A stretch of DNA of 63,226 bases, counting the filler, from Octopus bimaculoides (lineage: Eukaryota), in assembly GCF_001194135.2 (NCBI RefSeq). It is 6 parts of 5 records of this genome, joined end to end, with 100 filler letters (N's around TTAATTAATTAA, not from the genome) between each part and the next. Parts side by side here need not be neighbours in the genome. Positions count along the whole stretch, not along the records: positions 1 to 19,251 come from NC_068989.1; positions 19,352 to 33,742 come from NC_068994.1; 4 more parts are not named here. One strand, 5' to 3'. The notes beneath the pieces are model-generated. The model ran no database searches. It saw nothing but the letters and a program-made list of their open reading frames with translations, and had not been told where the DNA came from. Of the stretch, positions 13,350 through 27,445 are shown piece after piece. Made by a program: the position numbers and the translations under genes. How positions within the stretch are numbered: the stretch's first letter is position 1; each line of letters begins with the position of its first letter.

Positions 13350-13522
13350 GTATATACACTCATACGTATTTACATTCATACATACAGACACTCACATATA
13401 TAACAGGTTTCCACACAGTTTTCATCTGCTAAATTCATTTGGTTGGCTCGGGCTATTGTCAAAGGTGCCGTGCTACAGATCTGAACCCGAAACTTCTTGA
13501 ATACACAGCCATGTCTGCGCCC
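13105..13522 (-). mobile_element. SINE family A, older degraded copy
   Basis: Head ggcgcagacatggctgtgt, central aacttagcgcttcggcaat and an internal (TA)n align to family A. Confidence 0.75.
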
Positions 13523-13536
13523 ATTTAAAGTTTATT

Positions 13537-13622
13537 CTTACAGCATCTAGGTTTCCCAAGTGGACATTCATAGAACTAGGCTCAGACGAGAACCAGTGTA
13601 TCAAAGGTGATACGGCCGTTAT
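13537..13622 (-). pseudogene. 5S rRNA pseudogene with internal deletion
   Basis: Minus strand acggccgtatcacctttgatacactggttctcgtctga...gcctagtt...cacttgggaaacctagatgctgtaag matches both ends of 5S rRNA and the copy at 45660; the box A region is missing. Confidence 0.75.
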
Positions 13623-14049
13623 TGTGTAAGTATGTTGCGTTGGTACTTGACAGTTGATGACAGAAGAGCCGCACAAATTGTTCACTAAGTAGTTGTAGCA
13701 GAAGGGTACCGAAACAGAACACGGTATCTGAAGAAGAGTTGCCTTGGTAAGGTATATATGTGTGCTGGTCTGCGTTGTTTAGGATATACAGGGAGTTCAG
13801 TTGTGTTGCTATTGTCACAGTGCTTCTTTGCATGGTTAAATTGGAGATGCTTTCTTTCTGTGTGCCTATTTCATACAAGCATTGATCATAGATCCAACGG
13901 CGATATTATTTATTAGTTGAAGATTTCTATTAATGAAAAAATGTATCAATTAAATGAATCAAGATGTACTTTATGGGTTTTATTGTATCTAATTACAAAG
14001 TTTTATTTTAAATATTCTTTCATACTTTTTATTATTCTGGCTGCAACAA

Positions 14050-14470
14050 GTAATACTATAGTTCCATTCTCGATTTTAAGAATTCGTCTATAAAGTCACA
14101 TGGCACTAATATATGTTATGTTCCATTTTAATGAGGTCTTTTGATACCATATTCATCTGTTCTATTCTAAAGACAAGATTGAATTGGCTCATATCATATT
14201 CTTTGCCTGTTTTTTTTTCTTTTTGTATTATTTTATTTAAATGTTTCTTTTGCATATATTACATTGAATTCGTTCCGGCATTGTTCTATAATTTGGTCAA
14301 CTAATTTATTTGAAAAGCCTTTAATAACAAGCTTGCGTTTTTTACCAAGAGTTTCTTTGTTTTGTAATTCCTCTGTGGGAGAGAATCTAAAGACCGTTCT
14401 GGTAAATGGTATAAAAACCGAAGTGTTATATCGAAACAGACCCAGATATAATCAGAAGACTACGAGCGTT
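14050..14470 (-). mobile_element. Possible Penelope-like RT C-terminal remnant
   Basis: RTVFRFSPTEELQNKETLGKKRKLVIKGFSNKLVDQII resembles the RA.RICS..E...E...L..NGYP...I region of Penelope-like RTs; stops present. Confidence 0.35.
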
Positions 14471-14688
14471 GCATCTAATAATAAACTAAAACTGATAATG
14501 TAGTTTTAAATAAAAGATGACAATCTAAAGATTTGAATCGACAATAACACACCATGTGCTTCTAAACAGATGGATAATGAGTTTTTTTTAATTATTATAT
14601 CAAATAATATTATTTAACAATGTAATATAGAATATATGTGTAGAATACTATATAGAATATTATAATATTGATAACAGTATAGGATATC

Positions 14689-15070
14689 GTGGCACTCCGT
14701 CGTTTACGACGACGAGGGTCACAGTTGATTCGATCAACGAAACAGCTTGCTCGTGAAATTAACGTGCAAGTGGCTGAGCACTCCACAGACACGTGTACCC
14801 TTAACGTAGTCCTAGCGGGAGATTCAGCGTGACATAGAGTGTGATAAGGCCGACCCTTTGAAATACATGTACAACAGAAACAGGAGGAAAGAGTGAGAGA
14901 AAGTTGTGGTGAAAGAGTACAGCAGGGTTCGCCACCATCCCCTGCCGGAGCCTCGTGGAGCTTTAGGTGTTTTCGCTCAATAAACACTCACAACGCCCGG
15001 CCTGGGAATCGAAACCGCGATCCTACGACCGCGAGCCCACTGTCCCATCCACTGGCACATTGTGCCTCCA
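14689..15070 (-). mobile_element. tRNA-derived SINE family D, near full length
   Basis: Minus strand starts tggaggcacaatgtgccagtggatggg...ggtttcgattcccaggccgggcg (A/B boxes), followed by a CpG-rich body; single copy in the window. Confidence 0.7.
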
Positions 15071-16020
15071 CAGTATTGGATATAACAATGCACTATAATA
15101 ATAATAATAATAATCATAATCATAATAATAATAATAATAATAATAAAATCCGTTCCTGCCNNNNNNNNNNNNNNNNNNNNNNNNNNNNNNNNNNNNNNNN
15201 NNNNNNNNNNNNNNNNNNNNNNNNNNNNNNNNNNNNNNNNNNNNNNNNNNNNNNNNNNNNNNNNNNNNNNNNNNNNNNNNNNNNNNNNNNNNNNNNNNNN
15301 NNNNNNNNNNNNNNNNNNNNNNNNNNNNNNNNNNNNNNNNNNNNNNNNNNNNNNNNNNNNNNNNNNNNNNNNNNNNNNNNNNNNNNNNNNNNNNNNNNNN
15401 NNNNNNNNNNNNNNNNNNNNNNNNNNNNNNNNNNNNNNNNNNNNNNNNNNNNNNNNNNNNNNNNNNNNNNNNNNNNNNNNNNNNNNNNNNNNNNNNNNNN
15501 NNNNNNNNNNNNNNNNNNNNNNNNNNNNNNNNNNNNNNNNNNNNNNNNNNNNNNNNNNNNNNNNNNNNNNNNNNNNNNNNNNNNNNNNNNNNNNNNNNNN
15601 NNNNNNNNNNNNNNNNNNNNNNNNNNNNNNNNNNNNNNNNNNNNNNNNNNNNNNNNNNNNNNNNNNNNNNNNNNNNNNNNNNNNNNNNNNNNNNNNNNNN
15701 NNNNNNNNNNNNNNNNNNNNNNNNNNNNNNNNNNNNNNNNNNNNNNNNNNNNNNNNNNNNNNNNNNNNNNNNNNNNNNNNNNNNNNNNNNNNNNNNGTTT
15801 GGTTTTCAATTTGAGTCGCTGAGCTTCCGTTGCATTTGTTTACCATTTTAGGAGAGAGAGAGAAAGAGAGAGAGAGAGAGACTGGGAGAGAAAATGAATG
15901 ACTGACGATTCGACCCAGTATAATATTTGACTGTGTGTGCGCAGGCACATCGACTGAAGAGAGTGCAGATGACATAGAGACGAGAATAATGTTGAATATA
16001 TCTATCTATCTATCTATCAC

Positions 16021-16461
16021 TTATTTCAGTCGTTACACTGAGGCCATACTGGGGCACGCCTTGATGTATTTTTAGTCGAATGAATCGACCCCTGACCTTA
16101 TTATTTTTTGTTAAGCTTGGTACATATGTTATCGGTTTCCTCGTGGCAAACCGCTAAGTTATGGGGAAGTAAACACGCCAACACCGGTTGTCAAACGGTT
16201 GTGAGGGAAGAAACACAGACACGTAGACATATATACGCACGCGCACACACGCATACACAAACACACATATATACACACACGCACATATATATATATTCGA
16301 CAGGCTTCGTTCAGTTTCCGTCTACCATATCCACTCACAAGGCTTTGGTCGGCCCGAGTCTATAGTAGAAGACACTTGCCCAAGGTGCCACGCAGTGGGA
16401 CTGAACCTAGAACCATGCGGTTGGAAAGCAAACTTCTTACCACATAGCCACACCAGCGCCT
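16021..16461 (-). mobile_element. SINE family A, full length
   Basis: Aligns along its length with 12627-13052. Confidence 0.9.
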
Positions 16462-16708
16462 TGCATACATTTGTGTATATATTTCTGTGTGTATATGATT
16501 CACAGACAAGTGTATATATTGTGTAAATTACACCAAGTACTTTGGTTGTTTATCTCTGACCCAATCAAAGGAATCCCAGCGATGACCATCCATGACTAGT
16601 GCTCTTATTTTTCTAAGACGTTAGGTTATTAGGCTGCTATTTCTCGCAGGCCTCCTACTCATAAAACTGGACCATCAGTATTCTTTTCTATTCTCTTGGA
16701 GGAGAGGA

Positions 16709-16878
16709 CCAGTCGATTAGATCGACCCAGAACGTAACTGGTACTTAATTTGTCGATCCTGAAAGGATGAAAGGCAAAGTCGACCTCGGCGGAATTTGAA
16801 CTCGGAACGTAAAGACAGACGAAATTCGGCGAAGCATTTCTCCCGGCGTGCTAACGATTCTGCCAGCTCGTCGCCTTA
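16709..16878 (-). mobile_element. SINE family B
   Basis: Reverse complement of taaggcgacgagctggcagaatcgttagc...gagttcaaattccgccgaggtcgactttgcc. Confidence 0.9.
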
Positions 16879-17897
16879 GAAATTTTTAACTAGATCGCTT
16901 GTAATTTCTGGAAGAGAATTGAAACCACCACCTATGTGTTGTATTACTACTTCTGGACACCCATGCCTACTGGGCCACCGGGGCAGCAACACTGGACCAT
17001 CAATATTATACAGTTTCAGTGGCCAACATGCAAATCAGAGAACGAGAACTGACAGTAAAAGTCATCCGCTGGTACATCCCTTTGAGAGTGGACACCACAC
17101 CAACCCCATTGCTCCACTGGACAATACCCTGTCACTGAATATTTATGTCCCTTTCTAAACAATTATTATGATGCGTGACCTAGTCACTTACATCAATAAT
17201 ACATGACCTACGAGTGAATGGAATGTAGGACTGGCGAGAACTCACAAACCCCTGATGTATATCGCTAATTAACATAATACTGCAAAATAAGAATATTTAA
17301 AAAAAACAAACAAAACAAGCATTAGTTGATTAATGCATATGATATAAACATAGATATATACATTTACATATACATACGTACATACATATATATTCATGCA
17401 TATGCGCACAGATACGTATACACTCACATGCATTCTACACACGCAACTTCGTATGTAAGAAGTTTGTTCAGTGACCGTGAAACAAATGATCGTGGAATCA
17501 TCTGAAGAGACAGCTATTTATGCAAGGGAATATGTTTGTGTAGGCAGTGGTGTTGTGGTGTTAGTAGGTGTAGCGGTGGTAGTATTAGTAGTGTTAATAA
17601 TGGTGTTGATGGTATATATTAGTTATNNNNNNNNNNNNNNNNNNNNNNNNNNNNNNNNNNNNNNNNNNNNNNNNNNNNNNNNNNNNNNNNNNNNNNNNNN
17701 NNNNNNNNNNNNNNNNNNNNNNNNNNNNNNNNNNNNNNNNNNNNNNNNNNNNNNNNNNNNNNNNNNNNNNNNNNNNNNNNNNNNNNNNNNNNNNNNNNNN
17801 NNNNNNNNNNNNNNNNNNNNNNNNNNNNNNNNNNNNNNNNNNNNNNNNNNNNNNNNNNNNNNNNNNNNNNNNNNNNNNNNNNNNNNNNNNNNNNNNN

Positions 17898-18187
17898 CAC
17901 ACAGAGGGGAAAAACAAGAACAGACAAAAGGATTAAGTCGATTACATCGACCCCTGTGCGTAACTGGTACTTAATTTATCGACCCCGAAAGAATGAAAGG
18001 CAAAGTCGACCTCGGCGGAATTTGAACTCAGAACGTAACGGCAGACGAAAAAGCATTTCGCCCGGCGTGCTAACGTTTCTGCCAGCTCGCCGCCTTAACT
18101 GGCACTTATTTCATCGACCTCGAACGGACTAGAGACAAAGTCGACCTCGGAGGAATTTGAACTCAGAACGCAGCGGTAGACGAAATT
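17898..18187 (-). mobile_element. Two adjacent SINE family B copies (17898-18097 and partial 18098-18187)
   Basis: The aaagtcgacctcgg.ggaatttgaactcagaacg core occurs twice in tandem. Confidence 0.88.
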
Positions 18188-18270
18188 GTTGTTGCTTGTT
18201 TCTTCTCGAGCCATGCCTGGCTCGCAATGCATTGTCCCAAAATTTGAAATCAGTATTACTACTAACACTA

Positions 18271-18438
18271 AAGCAGTGAGCTCGCAGCGTCGTTTGCATG
18301 CCGGACAAAATGCTTAGCGGCATTTCGTCCGTCTTTACATTTTGAGGTCAAATTCCGACGAGGTCGTCTTTGTCTTTTATTCTTTCGGGGTCGATAATAT
18401 AAATACAGTTGAGTACTGGGGTCGGTGTAATCGCTCTA
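18271..18438 (+). mobile_element. SINE family B
   Basis: aagcagtgagctcgcag...aaatgcttagcggcatttcg...ggggtcgata; inverted relative to the neighbouring copies. Confidence 0.85.
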
Positions 18439-18577
18439 CACCGCTGATTAACCTGATAAATATTACTGCAGAATCACACTCACAACAAAAACGGGATATT
18501 CAGTTCTCGAATGCCTTTGATCCAATTTGTTCTCGATCAAAGGAGAAATGAGAGTAAATAATAATAACTACATCAAT

Positions 18578-18900
18578 AGGCGCAGGAGTGGCTGTGTGGT
18601 AAGTAGATTGCTTACCAATCACATGGTTCTGGGTTCAGTCCCACTGCGTGACACCTTGAGCAAGTGTCTTCTACTATAGCCTCAGGCCAACCAAAGACTT
18701 GTGAGTGGATTAGGTAGACGGAAACGGAAAGAAGCCTGTCGTATATATGTANNNNNNNNNNAGCGGTTCGGCAAAAGAGACCAATAGAATAAGTACTAGG
18801 CTTCCAAAGAATAAGTCCTGGGGTCGATTTGCTTGACTAAAGGCGGTGCTCCAGCATGGCCGCAGTCAAATGACTGAAACAAGTAAAAGAGTAAAAGAGA
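18578..18900 (+). mobile_element. SINE family A, full length (10-N gap at the internal microsatellite)
   Basis: aggcgcaggagtggctgtgtggtaag...aaggcggtgctccagcatggccgcagtcaaatgactgaaacaagtaaaaga. Confidence 0.92.
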
Positions 18901-19200
18901 GAGTCACAACATGTTTAGAAACATACACTACTACGATAAGTCACTCTACCGTACATATACAAGAGTTTCTGTGAAAATCCATCCTCCAACATTCTACCCC
19001 CACTCTCACATGAATCGACTGCTTCTGTGTCCCATCTATTTCCAGCTCCTACGACATCTTCTACTTCTCTGAATTATGTGTACATAAGCATTATATTCCT
19101 ACATCTGGTATGCAAGAAACCCATCAGGGTTCGTGAAACTTCGTCCTTCTTATATTGCTTTTACTGTTCATTGTATTTACCCAACACTGCATCACACACG

Positions 19201-19251
<51 letters not shown>

Positions 19252-19351
19252 NNNNNNNNNNNNNNNNNNNNNNNNNNNNNNNNNNNNNNNNNNNNTTAAT
19301 TAATTAANNNNNNNNNNNNNNNNNNNNNNNNNNNNNNNNNNNNNNNNNNNN
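19252..19351. other. Artificial scaffold linker: 44 N + TTAATTAATTAA + 44 N
   Basis: Identical 100-bp construct at 19252, 33743, 40875, 55313 and 61867; the 12-mer carries stop codons in all six frames. Confidence 0.95.
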
Positions 19352-19382
19352 CACCACCACCACCACCACCACCACCACCACC

Positions 19383-19414
<32 letters not shown>

Positions 19415-19906
19415 CACTAACAGCAAGAACAACAACAACTGCTACTATCGCCACTACACCAACGCCACTATACTACCACTGTCACCACTACCACCAACAC
19501 CACTACTACTACCACCACCACCACCACAACTACCACTTAGACAACAACCAACACCAACACTAAAACTACTATGAAAGCCAATACAACCACCACCACCACC
19601 ACCACCACCACCGTCGCCACTACTACTACTACTACTACTACTGAACGTCTTACTAATGTCTATACCACTTCGTTCTCTCATAGCTATATCTCTTGCACCA
19701 ACAAGTAAAACCGAGGTGGTGTTTCCAGCGCCGCCAAATACCGTCGATAAATAACAGACAGACATTAATGCAAGCCGAATGCGATGGTGTATCTCCTCCT
19801 TTACGCGCTTCACACGAGATTGTCTAGCTTTAGAAATAGCACCGAAATAAAACCTCCCCTCAAATACCACATCCGACCGAGCCTCATTAAAACCATAATG
19901 ACGATA

Positions 19907-19947
<41 letters not shown>

Positions 19948-20117
19948 AATAATGATAATGATAATAATAATAATTATAATCCGGGAAGAGGAGACATGTA
20001 ATGTAATTAAGATTGTATTATTTTATGTCAGAAATTAAAGATGGCTCGGATGCGTTCTTTCATGTTTAGGTTATCTCCAATCACGGCTGATCCAAAGACT
20101 AAACAGCAACAACAACA

Positions 20118-20950
<833 letters not shown>

Positions 20951-20976
20951 CTACTACCACCACCACCATGCTGCTG

Positions 20977-21018
<42 letters not shown>

Positions 21019-21967
21019 ACATCAGCACCACCACCACCACCACCACCACCACCACTACAACTACTACTACTACTACTATTACTACTACTACTACTACTAT
21101 TACTACTACTACTATTACTACTACTATTACTACTACTACTACTACTACTATTACTACTACTACTATTACTACTACTACTATAGCTATTACTACTACTACT
21201 ATTACTACTACTTCTACTACCACCAGGACCACCACCACTACACCTACTACTACTGCCACTACAATCACCACCACCATCATCATCACTATCACCAAAGTCA
21301 CCACCACCACCTCTACCACCACCATTATCACCACCACCACCACCACCACCACCACCACCANNNNNNNNNNNNNNNNNNNNNNNNNNNNNNNNNNNNNNNN
21401 NNNNNNNNNNNNNNNNNNNNNNNNNNNNNNNNNNNNNNNNNNNNNNNNNNNNNNNNNNNNNNNNNNNNNNNNNNNNNNNNNNNNNNNNNNNNNNNNNNNN
21501 NNNNNNNNNNNNNNNNNNNNNNNNNNNNNNNNNNNNNNNNNNNNNNNNNNNNNNNNNNNNNNNNNNNNNNNNNNNNNNNNNNNNNNNNNNNNNNNNNNNN
21601 NNNNNNNNNNNNNNNNNNNNNNNNNNNNNNNNNNNNNNNNNNNNNNNNNNNNNNNNNNNNNNNNNNNNNNNNNNNNNNNNNNNNNNNNNNNNNNNNNNNN
21701 NNNNNNNNNNNNNNNNNNNNNNNNNNNNNNNNNNNNNNNNNNNNNNNNNNNNNNNNNNNNNNNNNNNNNNNNNNNNNNNNNNNNNNNNNNNNNNNNNNNN
21801 NNNNNNNNNNNNNNNNNNNNNNNNNNNNNNNNNNNNNNNNNNNNNNNNNNNNNNNNNNNNNNNNNNNNNNNNNNNNNNNNNNNNNNNNNNNNNNNNNNNN
21901 NNNNNNNNNNNNNNNNNNNNNNNNNNNNNNNNNNNNNNNNNNNNNNNNNNNNNNNNNNNNNNNNNNN

Positions 21968-22032
<65 letters not shown>

Positions 22033-22470
22033 TCATTGTATGAAAAGGACACAGCAGACTATGCCCTGGTTTGGAAGGTCACGGTTGGAATGCATTTCAT
22101 TACCCCACTCTATCGCCGAATGTCTGGTAAACTGACACATTGCATTTGTTGTCCAAGATACACTATGCCGGAAATAAAGTCGAAATGACCCTAACTGGAA
22201 TACTCTTGATCCACAGATAAGCATGATCAGGCTAATCTGGGATCAAACAATAACAACAACAACAGCAACAGCAACTGTTTGTATTAGTATTGCTTACACT
22301 ACATACAACTCTATACGAGCTAGCAGTACTCACGCCTATACTTACGCCTGTACCGTCTGCATGGACACCTTGAATACACGTTAGTATTAGCCAGGTCTGT
22401 CTAAAGTTAGTGAGAGAACCATGCCAAATATAAAATTTACACCTAGTTCAAATGGTAATTGACCTAAAGC

Positions 22471-23900
22471 GAGATGTGAAACATAAGCGCCATTTCAACT
22501 GGTAATGTGAAATGTAGGCCAGTTGCCCAATTTCACTTGGTAATAGACCCACAACTTGTGTGAAATCTGTGCTTCATTCTATTTCAATTGTGATTTTTTT
22601 TTTTTATTGTCAGATGTGAAATATAAGCGCCATGTCAACTGGTAATGTGAAATATAGACCAGTTGCCCAATTTCACTTGGTAATAGACCCACAACTTGTG
22701 TGAAATCTGTGCTTCATTCTATTTCAATTGTGAGTTTGNNNNNNNNNNNNNNNNNNNNNNNNNNNNNNNNNNNNNNNNNNNNNNNNNNNNNNNNNNNNNN
22801 NNNNNNNNNNNNNNNNNNNNNNNNNNNNNNNNNNNNNNNNNNNNNNNNNNNNNNNNNNNNNNNNNNNNNNNNNNNNNNNNNNNNNNNNNNNNNNNNNNNN
22901 NNNNNNNNNNNNNNNNNNNNNNNNNNNNNNNNNNNNNNNNNNNNNNNNNNNNNNNNNNNNNNNNNNNNNNNNNNNNNNNNNNNNNNNNNNNNNNNNNNNN
23001 NNNNNNNNNNNNNNNNNNNNNNNNNNNNNNNNNNNNNNNNNNNNNNNNNNNNTATAGACCAGTTGCCCAATTTCACTTGGTAATAGACCCACAACTTGTG
23101 TGAAATCTGTGCTTCATTCTATTTCAATTGTGAGTTTTTTTTTGTCAGATGTGAAATATAAGCGCCATTTCAACTGGTAATGTGAAATATAGACCAGTTG
23201 CCCAATTTCACTTGGTAATAGACCCACAACTTGTGTGAAATCTGTGCTTCATTCTATTTCAATTGTGAGTTTGTTTGTTTTTTTGTCAGATGTGAAATAT
23301 AAGCGCCATTTCAACTGGTAATGTGAAACGTAGCCCAGTACCCCAATTTCAGTTAGTAATAAACCCAAAACTTACGTGAAATCTTTGTTATGATCCATCG
23401 CTGTTGTTAAAAAGCCCTGTTTAGCCAAATGTGAAATGTAAGCTCCATTTCAACTGGTGCTATGAAATGTAGCCCAGTTCCCCCAATTACGGTTGGTAAC
23501 AGACCCCAAACTTGCGTGAAATCTATGCTTCATTCCATTTCACTTGTTAACAGGTTTATCGCCAGATGTGAAATGTAAGCAGCATTTCAACTATTAATGT
23601 GAAATGCAGCCCAGTTCCCCAATTCCAGTTGGTAATAAACTCACAACACACACGAAATCTTTGCCATCCTCCATCACTGTCGTTATTAGGCATTTTTAAA
23701 AAGCCAAATGTGAAATGTAAGCACCACTTCAACTGGTAATAAGCGTGAGATATGAAATTTAACCCCCTCCACTATTTCAGTTGATAATAATCCGAAGGCA
23801 GGCGTTAAAATCTAGTGAAAAGTTTAGGTCAAATGTGAAATCTAAGCTCTATTTCAATTGGCAATATGCCCAAGCCAGATGTGAAATCTGTGTCCCATTT
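22471..23900 (+). repeat. Tandem array of ~140-bp units (about 10 copies, interrupted by an N gap)
   Basis: The anchor (g/c)a(g/a)atgtgaaa recurs at 22471, 22611, 23146, 23287, 23426, 23563, 23705 and 23830; spacings between adjacent sequenced units are 125-142 bp. Confidence 0.92.
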
Positions 23901-24072
23901 CAATTGGTCACAAATCTGAACTGGAGATGAATCACGGTTCCCAGTTCAAACTGTTCATTAATCATTTTGATAATCAGTGCAAAATAAATAGATACATGTA
24001 CAGATGTGTGTGTGTATAAGCATGTAGATACATGCATACATACATTTATATATATGTGTGTATATGTATATA

Positions 24073-24124
<52 letters not shown>

Positions 24125-25478
24125 TGCATGTATGTATGTATGTATGTATACACCATAAAGAAGAATGGAGAGTTATACTTGTACATCTTCAAAAATTATT
24201 TATTGCAGTATTATTTCCATTAAATTCCAATCCGACACGTGTTTCTGCTCGATAACTGTCGTAGTGTCCTTTGATGTAGAATTTATGTGTATTTGGTTGA
24301 TATATTTCCAGTATTTTCGTTATATATATATNNNNNNNNNNNNNNNNNNNNNNNNNNNNNNNNNNNNNNNNNNNNNNNNNNNNNNNNNNNNNNNNNNNNN
24401 NNNNNNNNNNNNNNNNNNNNNNNNNNNNNNNNNNNNNNNNNNNNNNNNNNNNNNNNNNNNNNNNNNNNNNNNNNNNNNNNNNNNNNNNNNNNNNNNNNNN
24501 NNNNNNNNNNNNNNNNNNNNNNNNNNNNNNNNNNNNNNNNNNNNNNNNNNNNNNNNNNNNNNNNNNNNNNNNNNNNNNNNNNNNNNNNNNNNNNNNNNNN
24601 NNNNNNNNNNNNNNNNNNNNNNNNNNNNNNNNNNNNNNNNNNNNNNNNNNNNNNNNNNNNNNNNNNNNNNNNNNNNNNNNNNNNNNNNNNNNNNNNNNNN
24701 NNNNNNNNNNNNNNNNNNNNNNNNNNNNNNNNNNNNNNNNNNNNNNNNNNNNNNNNNNNNNNNNNNNNNNNNNNNNNNNNNNNNNNNNNNNNNNNNNNNN
24801 NNNNNNNNNNNNNNNNNNNNNNNNNNNNNNNNNNNNNNNNGATGTCATCAAATACCCCTCCCCCACACGGATACACACAGGTCTCTCTCAGGGCGGAGGT
24901 GAGGTATGGTGAGAGGAGAAGCCTTTAAAATTGTAGGTCATACCAACTAGCCGATTCGGGCCACCCCCACATCTCTTCTTCTTCTTCTTCTTCTTCTTCT
25001 TCTTCTTCTTCTTCTTCTTCTTCTTCTTCTTCTTCTTCTTCTTCGTCTTCTTCTTCTGCCGCTGTTGTTGCAGCTGCAACTGGGTACAATTACAACAAAA
25101 ACATCAACTACTACTACTACTAAGTAGCCATTAGGGTAGAAAAGAAACGACGGTTCAGAAGAATTAACGCGATTGTCGTCCATACTAACAACTATTCCAT
25201 CAGCGAACACAAAACGATACCAGAGTTCTCACACCACCTGTGCCTACTGGCACCCATTCCTGCAAGCTATGCCAGGAATAGTTGTTATGTCTCTCTCAAA
25301 TCACGCACTTTGCTGTCTTAAAATGAAGGACATTTTAGGATATATTAGAAGATACACAACGTCTGCAAAAATAGATAGATAGATAGATAGACAGACAGAC
25401 ACACAGACAGATAGATAGATAGACAGACACAGATAGATATATAGACACACACGCACACACACACACAGACAGACAGAC

Positions 25479-25509
<31 letters not shown>

Positions 25510-25512
25510 CAC

Positions 25513-25558
<46 letters not shown>

Positions 25559-25920
25559 GCAGATAGATAGACAGACAGATAGACAGACAGATAGATAGGT
25601 GTGATGTACACGGATGGGACGTGTTTGATCATTTGATTGTAAGTCTGATTTAAAAAGGGGTTAAACAACATCCCCCCCCCAAAAAAAACAGTTGTAGTAA
25701 TTTTACAAGCTGTTAGAAATAGTAGCCAAATCCCTCCCAAATCACACTTCATGTAGTGTAGTCCTACATACACTATGTTGCTATGGTTGAAGAAAACGAA
25801 ATATTACATGATGGTCATAGGTGGAACGCTTATGACCATAGGTCTGTTCTGCGGTGTGATGGTTTAAGAGCACAACAAAGGTATCATCATTATTACCATC
25901 ATCATCACCACCACCAGGAC

Positions 25921-25979
<59 letters not shown>

Positions 25980-26121
25980 CGTCCACTACCACTACGACAA
26001 CGACGACGACGACGACGACGACCACCACCACCACCACCACCATCACCATCATCATGACCACCACCATCATCATCGCCACCATCATCATTATGACAACCAC
26101 CACCACCACCACCACCACCAC

Positions 26122-26177
<56 letters not shown>

Positions 26178-26194
26178 GTTATTAGTATTTGTGT

Positions 26195-26300
26195 CAGTGG
26201 TTCCCAACCTGTGGCCCGCAAAGGTAGTCCTGGGGGTCCGTGGGAAAAAACTCATTTGAATAAAAGGGGTCCTTGGTAGTGGAAAAGTTGGGAACCACTG
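26195..26300. mobile_element. hAT (Charlie-like) MITE, 106 bp
   Basis: Perfect 14-bp TIRs CAGTGGTTCCCAAC/GTTGGGAACCACTG; flanking 8-mers atttgtgt and atttttat match 6/8 (decayed TSD). Confidence 0.85.
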
Positions 26301-26361
26301 ATTTTTATGATAACGGTCACCGTGGATACATTACATACATACATACATACATACATACATG

Positions 26362-26395
<34 letters not shown>

Positions 26396-27316
26396 NNNNN
26401 NNNNNNNNNNNNNNNNNNNNNNNNNNNNNNNNNNNNNNNNNNNNNNNNNNNNNNNNNNNNNNNNNNNNNNNNNNNNNNNNNNNNNNNNNNNNNNNNNNNN
26501 NNNNNNNNNNNNNNNNNNNNNNNNNNNNNNNNNNNNNNNNNNNNNNNNNNNNNNNNNNNNNNNNNNNNNNNNNNNNNNNNNNNNNNNNNNNNNNNNNNNN
26601 NNNNNNNNNNNNNNNNNNNNNNNNNNNNNNNNNNNNNNNNNNNNNNNNNNNNNNNNNNNNNNNNNNNNNNNNNNNNNNNNNNNNNNNNNNNNNNNNNNNN
26701 NNNNNNNNNNNNNNNNNNNNNNNNNNNNNTCGTCTGGCCGTAAAGCCTTTTCTGTTTGTTTTCCTGTCTTGTTTTTTGTCCGCCACTACATTCCTCCATG
26801 GCAAGGTTTAATTTGTGTATACAAATTTAATTTGCGGTCCATGGGAAGAGCCGTTTTAACGATGCGTCCTGCCCAGCTCTTCGAAACGCCGGTGTTAAAA
26901 CGGGGGTAGCTGATGAAGAAGAATGTTCTCTATGTGGCTTGTGTGTTTTCTCGTCTACGTTTTGTTTGCAATGTCCTGTACCCAGATATGCACCTATACA
27001 TACAGGTGGATGTCGGTATGCACATACCTGTACGTAGATATGCATATACTCATTTACTTTTGTTTATATATATATATATATTTTTTATATATATACTGTA
27101 CTTTCACATTTACCACTGTCACTATCAGTAACGCTTGACAACAGCACCACTACAACAACCACCCATGCCACTGGATGGTAACAGTACAGCTTCCACTATT
27201 TCCACTATCAATACCCCCTCCATTGCCAATACCATCGTCTATGTATGTATGTATGTGTGTATGTGTGTGTATGTGTGTGAGCCTGTCTATTTGTCTACTA
27301 TCTATCTATCTATCTA

Positions 27317-27353
<37 letters not shown>

Positions 27354-27369
27354 GTCTCTCTCTGTCTGT

Positions 27370-27445
<76 letters not shown>

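Noticed and set aside
13544-13625. Plus-strand exon-like segment with good acceptor (ttcttacag) and donor (gtaagt)
   Set aside because: It coincides with the antisense strand of the 5S pseudogene, and no partner exons were found.
22471-23900. CRISPR-like interpretation of the 140-bp array (and of the 32-bp array at 52323)
   Set aside because: Whole units repeat with no unique spacers, the context is eukaryotic, and there are no cas genes.
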